Source: Octopus vulgaris
Taxonomy: Eukaryota
Direction of reading: 5' to 3'
Length of the DNA stretch: 64,000 nt
Assembly: GCA_951406725.2 (NCBI GenBank)
Contig: OX597818.1
Location: forward strand, 126,604,001-126,668,000
Positions 1 to 14,250 of the stretch are shown one piece after another. The notes below the pieces were generated by a model. That model ran no database searches. It was not told the DNA's origin and worked only from the letters and a program-made list of their open reading frames with translations. A program made the translations under genes and the position numbers. Position 1 is the stretch's first letter. Every line of letters begins with the position of its first letter.

Positions 1-1100
1 GCGGGTCGAGAGCTCACGTAGAGATACCGTTGTTAGACGTTATAATTGCTATAGGTTTTAGGATCATTGTTTCTCTTTGTAGTTGTGTTTGCTTTATGAT
101 AACATGCAATTTGGTGTCTCTGTTGTGGTTAGTGTTGAGTTTCTTGATGTCGTTGAAATTGGTGTTGTTGATGTTGTTGTTGTTGTTGCTGTTTATATCA
201 GGGATAAAACTATGGGAAATATTTAGCTTGTATCTCATAAAAAGGCTTTCTTTGTTTAACTCGGAAACCTTTCTCACATATATGTACGCGCTCCATATAA
301 AACTCTCAGACAAATGTATACACACGCACACACACATACACACACACATACACACACATACACACCCACACATACATACACACACATACACACCCAAACA
401 TACACACACACATCTATGCTTGTGTGTATAGGTATATATGTGTGCGTATAGGCAAGTGTACAGGTATGTGTGTATAGGCATGTATGTGTGTGTATATATA
501 TATAAGTATGTATATGTATGTATATACATATGTGTGCATGTATATGTGTGTGTATGTGTGTATGTTTGCGCACGCGCGTACGTGCGCGTGTTCATACACG
601 TATACATACGTAAATACTTAAAACAAATCTTGTAATGATTCAAACATTACGCAGAAATGCGATAATACTCTTGTATGCAGAAATGCAAAGTTACTCTCTC
701 ACTCTCTCTCTCTCTCTCCCTCTCTCTCTTTTCCCTCTCCCTCTCTCTTTCACTTTTTCTCGCTCTCTCTTACGCACGCACACATACATATATACACACG
801 CTGACGCACGAATGTTTTTTCTGGTCTTACAGTCAGACAAACGTTTACTGGCTCTTTACACACTCACACACTAACCCAATCACGCACACACACACACACA
901 CACACGCACACACACACACATACACACGTGTATGTAATATATACGTGTGTATGTATATACACACACAGACATAAACATGCATGTATACCATCAAAATTTG
1001 CTTTTCCCTGTTATTTCGGATGACTTTTATTTAAATCTGCAAGTAATTATACGTGATAGGTCTAGACTCAAAGCGTTTTTGTTTTTATGCATACACACAC

Positions 1101-1177
<77 letters not shown>

Positions 1178-2242
1178 ATACAAGCAAACATACACACGGG
1201 TGCATGCACGAATATGATACACGCGTAGACAAATACAAATTACATAGCCTTTTGGAAATGAGCTGTGTCTGTCACAAATTGTCTTTGCATTTCCACAATT
1301 AGCCTTAACAATTACCAGCTGTTTGGGTAGAAGTTAGCGACAATCGTTAATTGTTAAATAACAATGAAATTGATCAGGTTGACACGTATCCTATGCTGCT
1401 GTATACACACCTAAGCCAAGTCAGTCTGATTTGCATCACAGTACTGGCGCTCACAATGTAGAGTTTTAATTAAGAGAAATTACACAAGGTCTTTTAAATA
1501 ATTCATAACCTTTCGTTACGCATATAATTTAGCGTATCATGAAAAGGAAACAAACCGGTTGCAGCACAGCTTTTTTAATTTCGAAGGAAGAAAATGACAT
1601 TAGTTTTATCAGTTTCGTATTGTATTATATCAACATCAAAGAGCGACCGGTCCACTGTTCACAGAGAGAATATTAGCTTATTACTATTTGCAGTACATCT
1701 TTTGGTCCAGGCATAGTTGCGTGGTTAAGAAACTCACTTTGTAACCACCAGGTTTCGGGTTCAGTGTGCTACTGCGCTGTACGTTGGGCAATTATCTTCT
1801 ACTATAACCCCGAGCCGACTAATGCCTTGAGTAAATTTCGTAGATGTAAACTGTGTGGAAGCCCGGTGTAGAAGTGTGTGTGTGCGCGCGTGTTTCTTGT
1901 ATGTATGTGTACGCGTGTTTTTGTGCTTGCATTTGTCTCCCGCCACGGCTTGACAACTTGTGCTGGTGTGTTTGCATTAGCAGTTCGACAAAAGCGACCC
2001 ATGAAATAAGTATCAGGCTTAAAAATTAACCACTGAGGTAGATTTGTTCATTTAAAACCCTTCAAAAGGTTACCCCAGCATGGCCGCAGTCCAATGACTG
2101 AAATAAATAAAAGAGGAAAAGAATTAGCTTATGACTATCTATAGTATATTTTTAAATGTGTAAGACAATATATAGTATATTTATATTAATCTATAGCTAT
2201 TTACAGTATCTTATATTGGCTTATAGCTATTTATAGAAAGTT

Positions 2243-3060
2243 TAGAGGGTATTTGCGCTCAGTTTGACAGCTGAATAAAAGGAAACGAAAACACAATATC
2301 CCATCCAAAGATAAAATTATTTAAAAATAAAAACAATCAACAAGACTATGGCTGAGAGATAACAGTTTACCAAAAGTAGCCATCCTCGGCTTTTATCATG
2401 ACCTCAATATGGTTCCGGAACCAGGAGCGTATATTCCTCTCTGTAATCCTGAGAAAATATTCGAACACCTCCTTGATCTTGACCATCAGCTCGGACTCGG
2501 TGTTGCAAGCCGAGTGGTCGGTGTCTTTCTCAGTTGCGCCCCATACATTGTAAAACATGGGATTACAATTGGGGGTATTGGAGGGTCAGAAATTGGGGCT
2601 AGTGAAGCAGAATTTCTGCAACAAACACTTCTGACTCTTTCCGGAAGTGTGGCAATGAACCGAATCCTGTTGCCACATTTATGGTCTTCTAGCAACAATC
2701 CTCTTCAACCAGAGTTGGCCTGAGTCTCTATATGATTCTCATAGCCGTCTATATTGATTGAACCTAAGGCACGCCGTCACCCTCACTGGGAATACACCAA
2801 AAGGCCATAACAGTTTGGAGGAAATCAGTTTTCATGATGCCCATGTCACATCTTACACCCTTTACAATGTTCACAAAGCATTGAACAGCAGTCACGATAT
2901 CGGCATTTTGATACCTGAGGTGAGTCATCATGATACAGGTATCTTTTCCAACATTCAGATGGCTTTCAGTTCTCCATATCTGCTAACATTTTCTCAACAA
3001 CAGCTTTACTCTTTGTACTCTCTAACTCTGCTGACTGTTCACCAATGCATCGAGCCGTTC
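2243..3060 (-). mobile_element. Decayed Tc1/mariner transposase fragment
   Basis: PNCNPMFYNVWGATEK...CSWF/RNHIEVMIKAEDGYF-type C-terminus of DD-D/E transposases; multiple disruptions. Confidence 0.7.
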
Positions 3061-3159
3061 ATGGAAAAAGGAAACATAAAAGTTGCCACATGTAACCCGA
3101 ACACCTTTTCTATTAGTTTGTACCCATTTATAGTATATAATGGGTTGGAAACTAAGTTC

Positions 3160-3395
3160 CCGCCGTTTGTTTCAAATTTAAATTTTTTAAAAGGTTTAAT
3201 AAAAAAATAACAGCTAATTAATCAATAATGTATTCACTCTTGTTGTTTACAACTTCTTCCCAACGTTCAACAAGATTTTCAATACCTCGTTGGTAGGAAT
3301 CACCCGATTTCGACTCGAAAAACTGATCCAACCAAGCTCTCAATTCCGCATCAGTATTGAACGAAAATCCGCGCATAGCATTTGAAAGAGATCTG
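3160..3395 (-). mobile_element. mariner 3' fragment
   Basis: Translates RSLSNAMRGFSFNTDAELRAWLDQFFESKSGDSYQRGIENLVERWEEVVNNKSEYIID*, a typical mariner C-terminus. Confidence 0.8.
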
Positions 3396-3409
3396 GCTTC
3401 CTTGGTCGT

Positions 3410-3595
3410 ATTGGCGATAAGAGGGGACTAGTCGATTACATTGACACCAGTGTTTCACTGGTACTTAATTTATCGATCTCGAAAGGATGAAAGGCAAAGT
3501 CGACCTGGGCGGAATTTGAACTCAGAACGTAAGAAACGAAATGCCGCTAATCACTTTGTCCAACGTGCTAACTATTCTGCCAGCCCACCGCCTTA
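3410..3595 (-). mobile_element. SINE family A copy abutting (AAT)n
   Basis: GGTACTTAATTTATCGA...GGCGGAATTTGAACTCAG; further minus-strand copies at ~7373-7579, ~18395-18605 and ~61897-62110, and a plus-strand copy at ~30316-30525. Confidence 0.85.
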
Positions 3596-3610
3596 ATAAT
3601 AATAATAGTC

Positions 3611-3646
<36 letters not shown>

Positions 3647-5203
3647 GTCATAATAATAATAATAATAATGATAATAATAATAATAACAACGATGATAATT
3701 TTTTTTTTTTTTAAGTCAGAGAGTTTTAAAAAATCAGATGAACATTTCGCTCTTTCATGATTCCTCGGCGCATTTTTTAGATTTAAACAAAAATCACGAA
3801 TTGTATTATGATTTCTCTCCGCAAGAAACAGAAATCAAATATAATATCTGAACTTATACATACATACATATAAACATACATACATAAAAAGGAATACTGA
3901 TGGAATGTACAAGTGAAGACCTCAGTAAAATATAAGCAAAATTGACCTGATATAATGATTTGGGATAGAGAAGAGAAAGTATGCACAGTTGTGGAAATTA
4001 CCTGTCCAGTGGATGTTAGCCTAAGGCTGAAGATCAGTGAAAAAGAGAACACCTATGCCGAACTATTGAGAAATCTGCAGTTACTCTATCTTGATTAAAA
4101 GTTCAGGTTTACACATATTACAAGTTTATACAGGTTACAAGTTCAGGTCTACACATATCCCAGGACCCCAATAATTGGGAACCTGGGATATGTAACACAC
4201 TGCCTAAATACCGATCTTGAGAAATTAGGCTTCTCAAAATGAGAAAAGAGAAAGCTAATTCGAAGACTACAGATCCAAGCCATCACTGGAACTATAAAAA
4301 TCTCTCAAACTTTCCAGTAGTTTATCATTTAAACATACATACATACATACATACACACATACATGCAAAAATACACTGTTGACGCTGAAATTCGAATGAA
4401 GGAGCTTTGGATCGAGGTTAGAAACCGACCCTTTCTCTGTTGACAAGAAATCTTGAAATAAAACCGAATAATTATATACATACATACAAACAACCATGCA
4501 TACATACATACATATATACATGCATACATACGTACATACATACACACATACACAACACACGCATTTATGAATATTAATGTACCATATATCTGTATTTGTA
4601 TACGTGTATACACACACACACACACGTGTATATAAACACTCACACATACACAATCACAAATATACACACGCTTGCTCACACAAATTTGGTAGTGATAAGT
4701 CTTGGGATAGAAACGGCAATGGCGTTGATGGTGGTGCCAACGGTAGTGGAAATGCTGGAGAGATTTGCGGCGATAAGGGTGGTGGTGATAAGGGCGGTTT
4801 TGTCTGATGTTGATGGCACCAGTAGTCGTTGTTTATCTCTTCCGGCTTTCAGTTTCATGCTTGTTATATGTAATTAATATATTTTACAAGGATTCATTCT
4901 AAAATTGTACCTCGAATACGTGTATTCACACGCGCGCACACACTTACGCACCCACATATACATGTATATAATCTATTTATTTTCAATTAAATGTGAACGT
5001 CGTCGATAAGCAAATTATAAGAACATGGGAACAAACGTGGGATAGAAAGTCGTTGAAGAGATCACAGGATGTGTGACGAAAAAGCTTTGGCAAAGATCTA
5101 AAATAATAATAATAATGATAATGCTGAAGTGAAGACCACATATATATAGAGCGTGTGTTTCATTGACGAAATGTGATCATTTCCGAGTGTAACAATACAG
5201 ATT

Positions 5204-5613
5204 TGAGCTGGCAGAAGCGTTAGCACGCCGGGCGAAATGCTTAGCGGTATTTCGTCTGCCGTTACGTTATGAGTTCAAATTCCGCCGAGGTCGACTTTGC
5301 CTTTCATCCTTTCGGGGTCGATAAATTAAGTACCAGTTACGCACTGGGGTCGATGTAATCGACGTAATTCGTTTGTCTGTCCTTGTTTGTCCCCTCTATG
5401 TTTAGCCCCTTGTGCGTAGTAAAGAAATAGGTATTTCGTCTGCCGTGACGCTCTGAGTTCAAATTCCGCCGCGGTCGACTTTGCCTTTCATCCTTTCGGG
5501 GTCGATTAAATAAGTACCAGTTACGCACTGGAGTCGTTGTAATTGACTTAATCCCTTTGTCTGTCCTTGTTTGTCCCATCTATGTTTAGCACCTTGTGGG
5601 CAATAAAGAAATA
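5204..5613 (+). mobile_element. tRNA-derived SINE family A, dimer, Tx1-like tail
   Basis: GAGCTGGCAGAA head, GAGTTCAAATTCC B box, MetaSINE-like core GCCTTTCATCCTTTCGGGGTCGATAAATTAAGTACCAG. The second unit restarts at GTATTTCGTCTG. Confidence 0.9.
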
Positions 5614-6717
5614 AGATTATAGGTATTAAGAAACAATATAGGGATTAACAATATTTGAGCCTAATTTCTCGACAACTATCTAGCTATGTCATCTACTGTC
5701 ACATCACGGGTCGCTCGATCTGCTAGATCTTTAAAGACGGTATCGTCTTTAAAAGAGAACACTTCAGATCATATAGACTTAGTTAACTCCCAAAAATTAT
5801 AGGGATTGCAGTTAAAAGGAGTCTTATTATAAGATAGGCTCGGTTAGCGTTAACCTCGCCTAAATAATAACAACTATTACAAAAACAGTTACGATTAAAA
5901 CGAGGGAGCTCATACGTGGTCACTCGGCATGTAGTGACGAAGGTGAACTTGTTAGTTTGTAGGGCCCGAGCAGAAACGCCAGGGGACAGAATCCTTGAGG
6001 ACCAAACCTCTTAGATAAAATTTGCACGCAGTGAAAATGAAGAAAGTCGTTTTAGTTACAGCTTTTCAAAAATGATTTTTGAACAAAGTGATGAAAGAAT
6101 TTCGGTTTTGTATTTGGTTTCAAAGATTCTTTATGCGAATTCGAGTGTTGAAACAACTTTTGTTGTGTCTAGGGAGAATCATTACGCCAATATTAATAAC
6201 ACACGCACCGGTTCAATTCCATTCCTTTATTATTAGTCAACTGGTTAAATATCTCTCCAACTAGCTAATCGATCGTTTGCTTGATTTGTTGGCTAAACAG
6301 TCAATCATTTTTTGCTGTTGTTTTTGCTGTTTCTGTTCGTCAAAGTTCTTACGTCGACATTCGCAGCCTTTTCAGTGGCTATCTCTTCCACTTCGCTACA
6401 TAGGTCGTGTTTGCCAGTCTGTGAAAGCATTGTGTATTAAATAGTAAATGCTAATTACAATACTATTTTCTTTTCTGTTGAGAAAATAATATGATTAGCG
6501 AAAATTAGTACTTAATAATTAAATAATATAGGCACAGGCATAACTAATGTGGTTAAGAAACTCGCTTTACAGCTACGTGGTGTCTGATTCAGGCTTACTG
6601 CAAGGTACCTTGGACAAACGTCTTCTAATCAAGGTACCGTGAAGTGTCTTGTGAGTGAGCTTGATTAGCAAAAGCTGTGTGGAACTTCGTCATACACACA
6701 CATACACACACACACAC

Positions 6718-6763
<46 letters not shown>

Positions 6764-6884
6764 ATCGATGATCGATTAGACTGCTTAGCTAAGAGAGAGT
6801 CGTTTAATACTTTAAAAGACCATAAGCCCAATTGTCATGATAATCCTACTTGCAGATTTTTAAACTCAACAAGATTTTGTCCAC

Positions 6885-7372
6885 GAGTTTTTGTCCACTT
6901 CATCTATGGCTAGTAGTATATCTTCTTCGGTAATGTCGATGTATTCCATCGTAACTGCCTTGCTGGTTATAGGTGAGGCGGCAAAGAAGTCCACTGGTTC
7001 GTTCACTTGTCTGTGTTCCAACGGGGTGGTAAAGACACTTTTGAACTGGTTGAACTGATTCTAGTTGGACTGTCTGCGAGGGAGCCATCCTTTTGGAAGA
7101 GAGCTATCTTGCAGCGTACTAAGGCTGTTTCTTTCGCGTAATGAAAGAAGGCCTTTGGGTTTGATTTAATGTTTTTTATAACCCAGGCTTCTTTGTCTGC
7201 TCTCTCCCTCACATAGGATTGTTGCAGCCTTTTTGCAATCTCCATCAGTGTTGTTTTTAGGCGGGACCTTTCGCTACTTTTGGGATGTTCGTTGAGTCGA
7301 TTTGCAACCTTCGTCCGTCGTCTCGTGAGGATCTTTCTCTCTCTTGGATGGTTAGATGTGTTATATATAATC
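6885..7372 (-). mobile_element. CR1-group LINE fragment (EN-RT linker)
   Basis: EAWVIKNIKSNPKAFFHYAK motif typical of the CR1/Jockey-group linker. Confidence 0.65.
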
Positions 7373-8210
7373 TTTTCTAGTACACGCACACGGTCTAAAA
7401 TTTTGCGTGGGGGTGGCGGTGAAATAGACAACTACATCGAGCCCCACTGGTACTTATCTTATCGACCCCGAAAGGATGAAAAGTTAAGTCGGCCTCTGCG
7501 GAATTTATACTCATAACATAAAAATGGACGAAAATCCACTACGCGCGGCGTGCTAACGATACTGTCAGCTCGCCGCCTTGAGTGTATGAGATATAATAGT
7601 ATGGATTATGGTATAGGCTGTAGTGAAGGGGTATGGAATGAATGCGGTTAAATGTGGTGACAATCAGTGGATGTTATTATATATCATGATACAGATTCGA
7701 GAACAGCATTGAAGTGACATCAATTGTGCAGTGATATCTTCTCTGTAACGTTCCAATTTTAGTATATGTGCAGCCGATCGACTGCGTGTCTTCGAATACA
7801 GTGACATAGAATGTGTAAGTTGGAGTGTAGTGACAGGGGCGGATATATTAGATGTAGCACAGTGGGTTGCGTGTGCTGGAGACGTTATATGCTGCTGTCA
7901 AACATTATTGTTGTTGACGTGTCGACACGTTGACACGTTCTCTATCTTTCGTTTTTCAGCTAATTATCACACATAATAACTCACCTCATAGCAGACGGCC
8001 ACTAAGCATATCCAGCGCTTGTTATTTACCTTATCGCATCTGGCTCTCAGCTAAACTAATTTCGTCAGTAGGGAAGAAATCTTATAGATGTTGCAGCAGT
8101 TATTATGATACTGGCCGACTTTGTAAATAGAGGGTTTGATTAGTTTACAAAGGAGGCCCTAATGTGGGGGAGTGAAAGTGTGGTAGCGTGGGTGGTGGGA
8201 CGACGAGGTA

Positions 8211-8400
<190 letters not shown>

Positions 8401-8849
8401 GAATGGGTGTAGTAGAGGCGTTGACAACTACACTAATCGTATATTGACAGGTGAAGCTGGTGCATGAGGACTGGGCTGTTGGCAGGGTTGAATTCTGACA
8501 ACGTTGGTGGCAGTAAGGCAGTGGGGGTGGGGGGTATAGTACCGGTGTTTTAAGACGTAGTGTTGATCGTCCTGGGTACAGGAAGCGATACAGATGGTAG
8601 TGGTAGTACTGCAGTAGTTAGCCGTAGTGGTAACTATGACACCGCGCCGAACAGCTTGTGGTGGTGGTGGTGGTGGTGTATGGGTGCTTGTTGTGGTATG
8701 GTAACTATGTTTTTGTTGGTGGTGCAGGTAGTAGTGTTGTTGATATAGCTTGTGATGGCATTGTTGGTGGTGTTATGGTGGGTGTATATGGGTGATGGAC
8801 CCTTTTTACATTTTTTTCAGTCACCAGAACTTTTTCAAATGATCGACAG

Positions 8850-9174
8850 CAGTGACTCGCAACCGGTATTCATATGGCCCCTGGGGTCAACACAAGCAAA
8901 ATAGTATATTGGAAACCCACAGATGTATATTAAGGGGCCATGAAAAATTTTGCTTTTGATGTATTTATTACAAGAAACGGCTAGCTTTCCTTCCCTAACG
9001 TTTTACATGGTTCAGCTTACACAAGTGTTAATGCGTGAAAAACAAAATAGGAATTTTAAAAGAAGTTCCTATAAAACTTGTTTTTAATTATCGAACGGTT
9101 ATGGGATGGGGGCACAGGAATAAAATAATAACCGAAGGGCTCATAGATAAAAGAAAAACGGTCGAGACCCACTG
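8850..9174. mobile_element. hAT-like MITE, diverged
   Basis: CAGTGACTCGCAACCG ... CGGTCGAGACCCACTG degenerate TIRs; no TSD recognisable. Confidence 0.55.
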
Positions 9175-9429
9175 TTCTATACTGATATAGTTTGGCATGC
9201 TGATGACGAAAATCGCATTCATTTTCTCCTGAAATTAGTATTTAAAAAAAGTCGCAAACCTTTAAAGTTATGTAATTCTAGCTAATCAGGAGCGTCCAGT
9301 TTGACAACAACGCAAAACTACATACATTTTCATTTCATTTCATTTGAGTTTGAGTCCATGCTCAGGCCAAGTCGAAGACTCCACCCTCAGAGTCTGGTGT
9401 GGTTGCCAGGTTGTATTCTCTGTTTAATT

Positions 9430-9620
9430 TTTACATGTGTAGGAGCGAGTTTGAGTCAGTTTGTGCTCGTTGTGTATATCCTGGGAGATGGGGTTCATCT
9501 CTAATGGTGCTTAAGTATCTATCCAGCTGCAATTTGAATGATACATGTAGAAAATTTGGATCAAATCTGGTGAGACTGAAAATATTCTGGTGGTTAGAAA
9601 TAATTTAAAACGACCCAGGT
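9430..9620 (-). mobile_element. CR1-group LINE 3' end fragment
   Basis: FKLQLDRYLSTIRDEP-type C-terminal motif. Confidence 0.5.
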
Positions 9621-11823
9621 AGTGTGGTAATCGCGTAGGCCTAATGATAATAGTGTATGTGGTCGAGGGTGGTTGTGGAGATGGTTAGGGTCAGGTGTAG
9701 GGTTGATAGTAAAGATGGTGTGGAAATGTGAGAGTGTTTGTTATCGTTGATTAACCCTTGGTTAATTTTGATTGATTGAGCTTATGATTAAACGTCTTCC
9801 AGCTATCACTGCCCCGTATTTTCCCTGAATGCTTTGGTGGAGGCGAGCGGCTGAGTGGTTAAGATATTGGCTCACGGTTGAAAGATCATGAGTTCAATAC
9901 CAGGCGGCACGTTGTGTCCTTGAGCAAGACACTTTATTTCACATTGCATCAGTCGACTCTGCAAACAAAAAATTGAGTAGTAATTGTAATTCAAAAGGAC
10001 AGCCTTGTCACATACTGTGCCACGCTGAATCTCCATCAGAATTACGTAAAGTGCTTCCGTAAAGTGTCGAACCATTTGTACGTTAATTTCACGAGCATTC
10101 TGTCTCGTTGATCGGATGTATTGGAATTTTCGTCGTCGTGACTGACGGAGTACCAGTATGAATGCTTTGACAGTAGTGCGGTTTGTAGTTAAAGAGAGTA
10201 CGAATGAGAGTGAATATAAGACGATATCGTGAATGGTGGTGGTGCTGGTGGTAGTGGTGTTGATCGTGGTGGTGATGGCGGTGGTGGTGGCTGTGGTGGT
10301 TGTGTTGGTGGTGGCTGTAGTGGTAATGGTGGTGGTAGTGGTTGTGTTGGTGGTGATAATGGTGATGGTAGTTGTAGTGACGGTGGTGGTGGCGGTGGGG
10401 TAGTTGGATGATGGGGTAGTTGGGGTGGAGTTGTTGGGTGGTGAGTTAGTTGAGTGGTGGGGTGGTGCCTTTGGGTTGATGAGGTGGTGGCTTTGAGTTC
10501 ATGAGGTATTGGGGGTGGTGTAATGGTGACTGTGAGGTGGTGGTCGCGTGTGTGGAGATGGAGTAGTTGTGAGGGTGGTTGCTGTGGGTGGTGGCTGTGA
10601 GGGTGACTGTGGAGAGAGGTGGTTGTTTGTGTGTGGGGGGGGGTTAGTGTGAAAAATATATCGATATGATTGTTGTGGTGGGGGTATGCTTTGGTGGTGA
10701 AACGGAAGAATGGGAATCGAAAATTTTCAGGCAATGGTGTTGGTGCTGTCGCAAGCAGGAGGCGAACTCATACCGGTGGTTGTAGGGTTGTAATGATTGT
10801 GAAGGGTGTAATGGTGAATGGGATTGCAACAAATGAATTGATGATACCTAGTATATAAGACAAATGTCTAATTTATATAATGTTAATGTCGCTGACCAGT
10901 GATATTAGACATTTTGACTCAACATCAGACATTTTGACTCTTTTTGGTCCCTAAACTTTAAGATGTTCCTTTGATAACTAAACTAAATGGCATTTAGGTT
11001 TACCATTACCATTATTCTGAATGTAGATTCTCGTAGGTTTGCTCAGAATCCAGATTGTAATACATGTAATAAAGGTCTGTCATAATTCGTTTTCAAATTT
11101 TCCACAAACTAGCAGGATCGGTAAAACATCGATGGTTACGCTTTATTTGGTATTTAGTCCCAAATTTGGTGAGGTGTATATTTGAGGTTGAATCGGTACT
11201 TGGGTGTTAATTATTTCATCGTTCTTCTTCAAGGGGAAAAGCAGAGATAAACTTGTTATATATTTGAATTAAAAACGTAAAGATACGCAACTAAATACCA
11301 GGCAAACATAATGACCGGCGCTCTACCGAATCTACCAAACTGCGTGCAATTTAGAAATGACTGATGCTATGAAGAAATTATGACTTACTACTATTTCAAC
11401 CATTAGAGTTGCTGACATTCTACCAGTCTTAAGTGGGGTTATTGCCTACACACCTAGACCAATGCTACTGTCACATATCCAGAGAAAGTCGCATGTCTAA
11501 TTGGCATTAAATCATTAACAGACACATTCATGCTGCGAGTACACGTATGTGCTGTCTCCTTTCTCTCTCGCTTCTATTGCTACTATTCTTGTCGCTTCGC
11601 CTGGGAGTTGGCTGTTTTCATACTTCCTTCACTCAAGTAACCCAATCCACTCGTCTCCACCCTCCGTCCACTCATCACCCTTATTGCTTCAACCCACACC
11701 CGACCCTTAATCCCTGCTCTAAACCTTAATCCCAGTCATTTCTCCCCAGTTCATCGAGCCTCTGGAATCTTCATCCTGCTCATGTTTTTCCTGCAGCAGG
11801 AGTTGTTATGCAACACTCTAAAC

Positions 11824-12030
11824 TGGTGGTTCTCAAACTTTTACCTCTTTGATTACAATTCTATTCTAAACCAAGCTGTTTCTTGCAACAAAATACATCT
11901 AATTCAAAACTTTTTCATGGACCCTTACTATACTTCTGTGGGTCCCCGACTCACTATTTTGCTTGTGTGAACCCTGCGAAATCTTTTATGGATCCCCTTT
12001 GGTCATATGGACTCCGGTTGAGAACCACTG
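11824..12030. mobile_element. hAT (Charlie-like) MITE
   Basis: Ends (TG)GTGGTTCTCAA / TTGAGAACCACTG. Flanks CTCTAAAC and TTCTAATC (6/8, degenerate TSD). Confidence 0.7.
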
Positions 12031-12649
12031 TTCTAATCGGAAGGTTAACGACATGAAACGAAACAATCACCCTGGTGATCTTGATGGGACAAAGAACATC
12101 GACACTGCCCCTTTAGAGGCTCAGCAAGTGAAAAAAAAAAAGAAAAAATTACAACCTCGAAAACTCGAGATAACTTAGAAAAGTCTCCTATAAGAAGTGT
12201 TCGTGTAAGTGCATGTGTATGGGTGAATGTGTGTACGTGTGTGTGTGAATGAACATGTGCATGTGTGTGTCCCTTTTTTGTATCACCTAACTGTCTGGAT
12301 ATTTTGCGTTCTTGTCCCATTTTATATTATATATATATATGTGTGTATATATATATATATATAATTAATTAATTAATAAGGGTGAGAGAATTAGATACTA
12401 ATTTAATAGTATACCTATTCAACACCAAGTGGCCCAGTGCCCCGAGAAACCTGGATTATTATAATATTTTATAACATATTATAATATTTCATACAAAAAT
12501 AAATATAAGAGAATGGTCACTATGTGGCTCACTCTAGCACTAGTAAATCCAAAAGGTTTCAACCACAAAAATACATGTTTCCCATGAAAGTCAGTACGAT
12601 TGTTAGCTCACACGAACAGGGCAAATAAAAAATAACAAAATACAGATTA

Positions 12650-12730
12650 TTTTGGGACAATTGTTTCGCTATTAATGAATTAAATGTAATTTTACTCACA
12701 AAAAACTCACTCGTAGCTCCTCAGCCAAAA
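12650..12730 (-). ncRNA. Type I hammerhead ribozyme, canonical core (mirror copy)
   Basis: Reverse complement reads TTTTGG-CTGAGGA-GCTA...TAGC-GAA-ACAATTGT-C-CCAAAA. Confidence 0.88.
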
Positions 12731-12805
12731 TTATATGGATGAAATCCACTCAATCACACGCCAGATTTTATCATAACGATAATTGAGTGGATTTCATCCA
12801 GATAG

Positions 12806-12883
12806 TTTTGGCTGAGGAGCTACAAGTGAGTTTATTGTGAGTAAAATTACATTTAATTCATTAGCGAAACAATTGTCCCAAAA
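12806..12883 (+). ncRNA. Type I hammerhead ribozyme, canonical core
   Basis: TTTTGG-CTGAGGA-GCTA...TAGC-GAA-ACAATTGT-C-CCAAAA: 6 bp stem I, stem II GCTA/TAGC, palindromic minimal stem III, GUC cleavage triplet ending at 12877. Confidence 0.88.
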
Positions 12884-13264
12884 TAATCTGTATTTTGTTA
12901 TTTTTTATTTGCCCTGTTCGTGTGAGCTAACAATCGTACTGACTTTCATGGGAAACATGTATTTTTGTGGTTGAAACCTTTTGGATTTACTAGTGCTAGA
13001 GTGAGCCACATAGTGACCATTCTCTTATATTTATTTTTGTATGAAATATTATAATATGTTATAAAATATTATAATAATCCAGGTTTCTCGGGGCACTGGG
13101 CCACTTGGTGTTGAATAGGTATACTATTAAATTAGTATCTAATTCTCTCACCCTTATTAATTAATTATAATTATGCTACATTTATTTCTAAATGTAGTAT
13201 TTGTTTCCGTGAAAGTTTGGCGCGCTGTTGGTAGGGGCATTTGAATTATAACGTCGGATATATT

Positions 13265-13343
<79 letters not shown>

Positions 13344-13967
13344 GCGTGCGCACGTGTGTGTAGGTGAATGTGTGTGTATGTATGTACATATATATATGTA
13401 TATATGTTTTTGTGTCTGTGTGTATGTGTATTTCTCGTTATTTACCTACATATCTATCTATCTATCTATCTATCTATTCAATTTTCACCGCACCTACATT
13501 GTTTCAGCTTTTTCCTCTATTTCCCTTCTATTTATCTCCCAACATTATTTTTCCTTAACTCGACCCCACTCCACAGATACAAGAAGTACAAATTGCCATA
13601 GCTTTTGTTTTTGTCACCTCAGATTTTACTGAAGTGGAGCAGTTAACAACAGCTGGGTGTCATCTTCTTTTCGTTCTTCCTCGCTTCCTTATACATCCAT
13701 CCCATTGTGATCAGCGTTGTCCTCGATGTCATCATGGCAGCTGCCGTCGCTGTCGTTGCTCATCACCAACGTAAACAAGAACTGAAATGTTTAGAAAGTC
13801 AGGAAATGTTTAAAAAGTCAGGAGAAAGAAAGCAGTATGTATTATTAATACAACCGCCTATGGCGATAGAGAATGTTAGAAATTATTCTTGGTTAAGAGT
13901 CTATCCCTTGTCGACTTGGTTTTTCCTTGCTTCGTCGGTTAATGTTGCTCCTAATAATATTTATCAG

Positions 13968-14250
13968 TGAAGACGCGCGGTGTAGAGGTAAAGGTATTCG
14001 GCTCAAGATCGTAAGGTTGTGAGTTCGATTCCCGGTGGCGCGCTGTGTCCTTCGGCAAGGCACTTTATTTCACGTTGCTCCGCTCCACTCAGTAAGCAAA
14101 AATGATTAGTACCTGTATTTCAAAAGGCCAGTCTTTTCACATTCCGAGTTATGCTGAATCTCCCTGAGAGCTACGTTAAAGGTACACATGTCTGTAGAGT
14201 GCTCAGCCACTTACTTACACGTTAATTTCACGAGCAGGCTGTTCCGTTCT
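13968..14250 (+). mobile_element. tRNA-derived SINE family C
   Basis: GAGTTCGATTCC B box then TGTGTCCTT.GGCAAGGCACTTTATTTCAC. Related copies at ~9839-10157 and (variant) ~54030-54365. Confidence 0.8.

Larger units (their letters stand above)
12366..13167. repeat. Near-perfect inverted repeat (~390 bp arms, 27 bp spacer) of a hammerhead-bearing, probably Penelope-derived element between (TA)n tracts
   Basis: 12366-12754 is the reverse complement of 12782-13167 with only a few differences. The right-hand copy continues to ~13262 before (TA)n. Confidence 0.93.

Noticed and set aside
14-1302. Many overlapping ORFs rich in HT/CV/YI
   Set aside because: Translations of CA/TG/TA dinucleotide repeats; the same applies at 26.4-27 kb, 32 kb, 39.1 kb, 47 kb and 60 kb.
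5204-5290. tRNA gene (A/B boxes)
   Set aside because: Head of a SINE; continues into the SINE core and lacks a complete cloverleaf.
9196-9225. CTGATGA-C-GAAA hammerhead-like word (also 19670 and 57687)
   Set aside because: Stem II and/or stem I cannot be formed; chance or too decayed to support.
10189-10734. 181 aa Pro/Thr/His-rich ORF
   Set aside because: Degenerate (GGT)n low-complexity tract with no domain or gene context.
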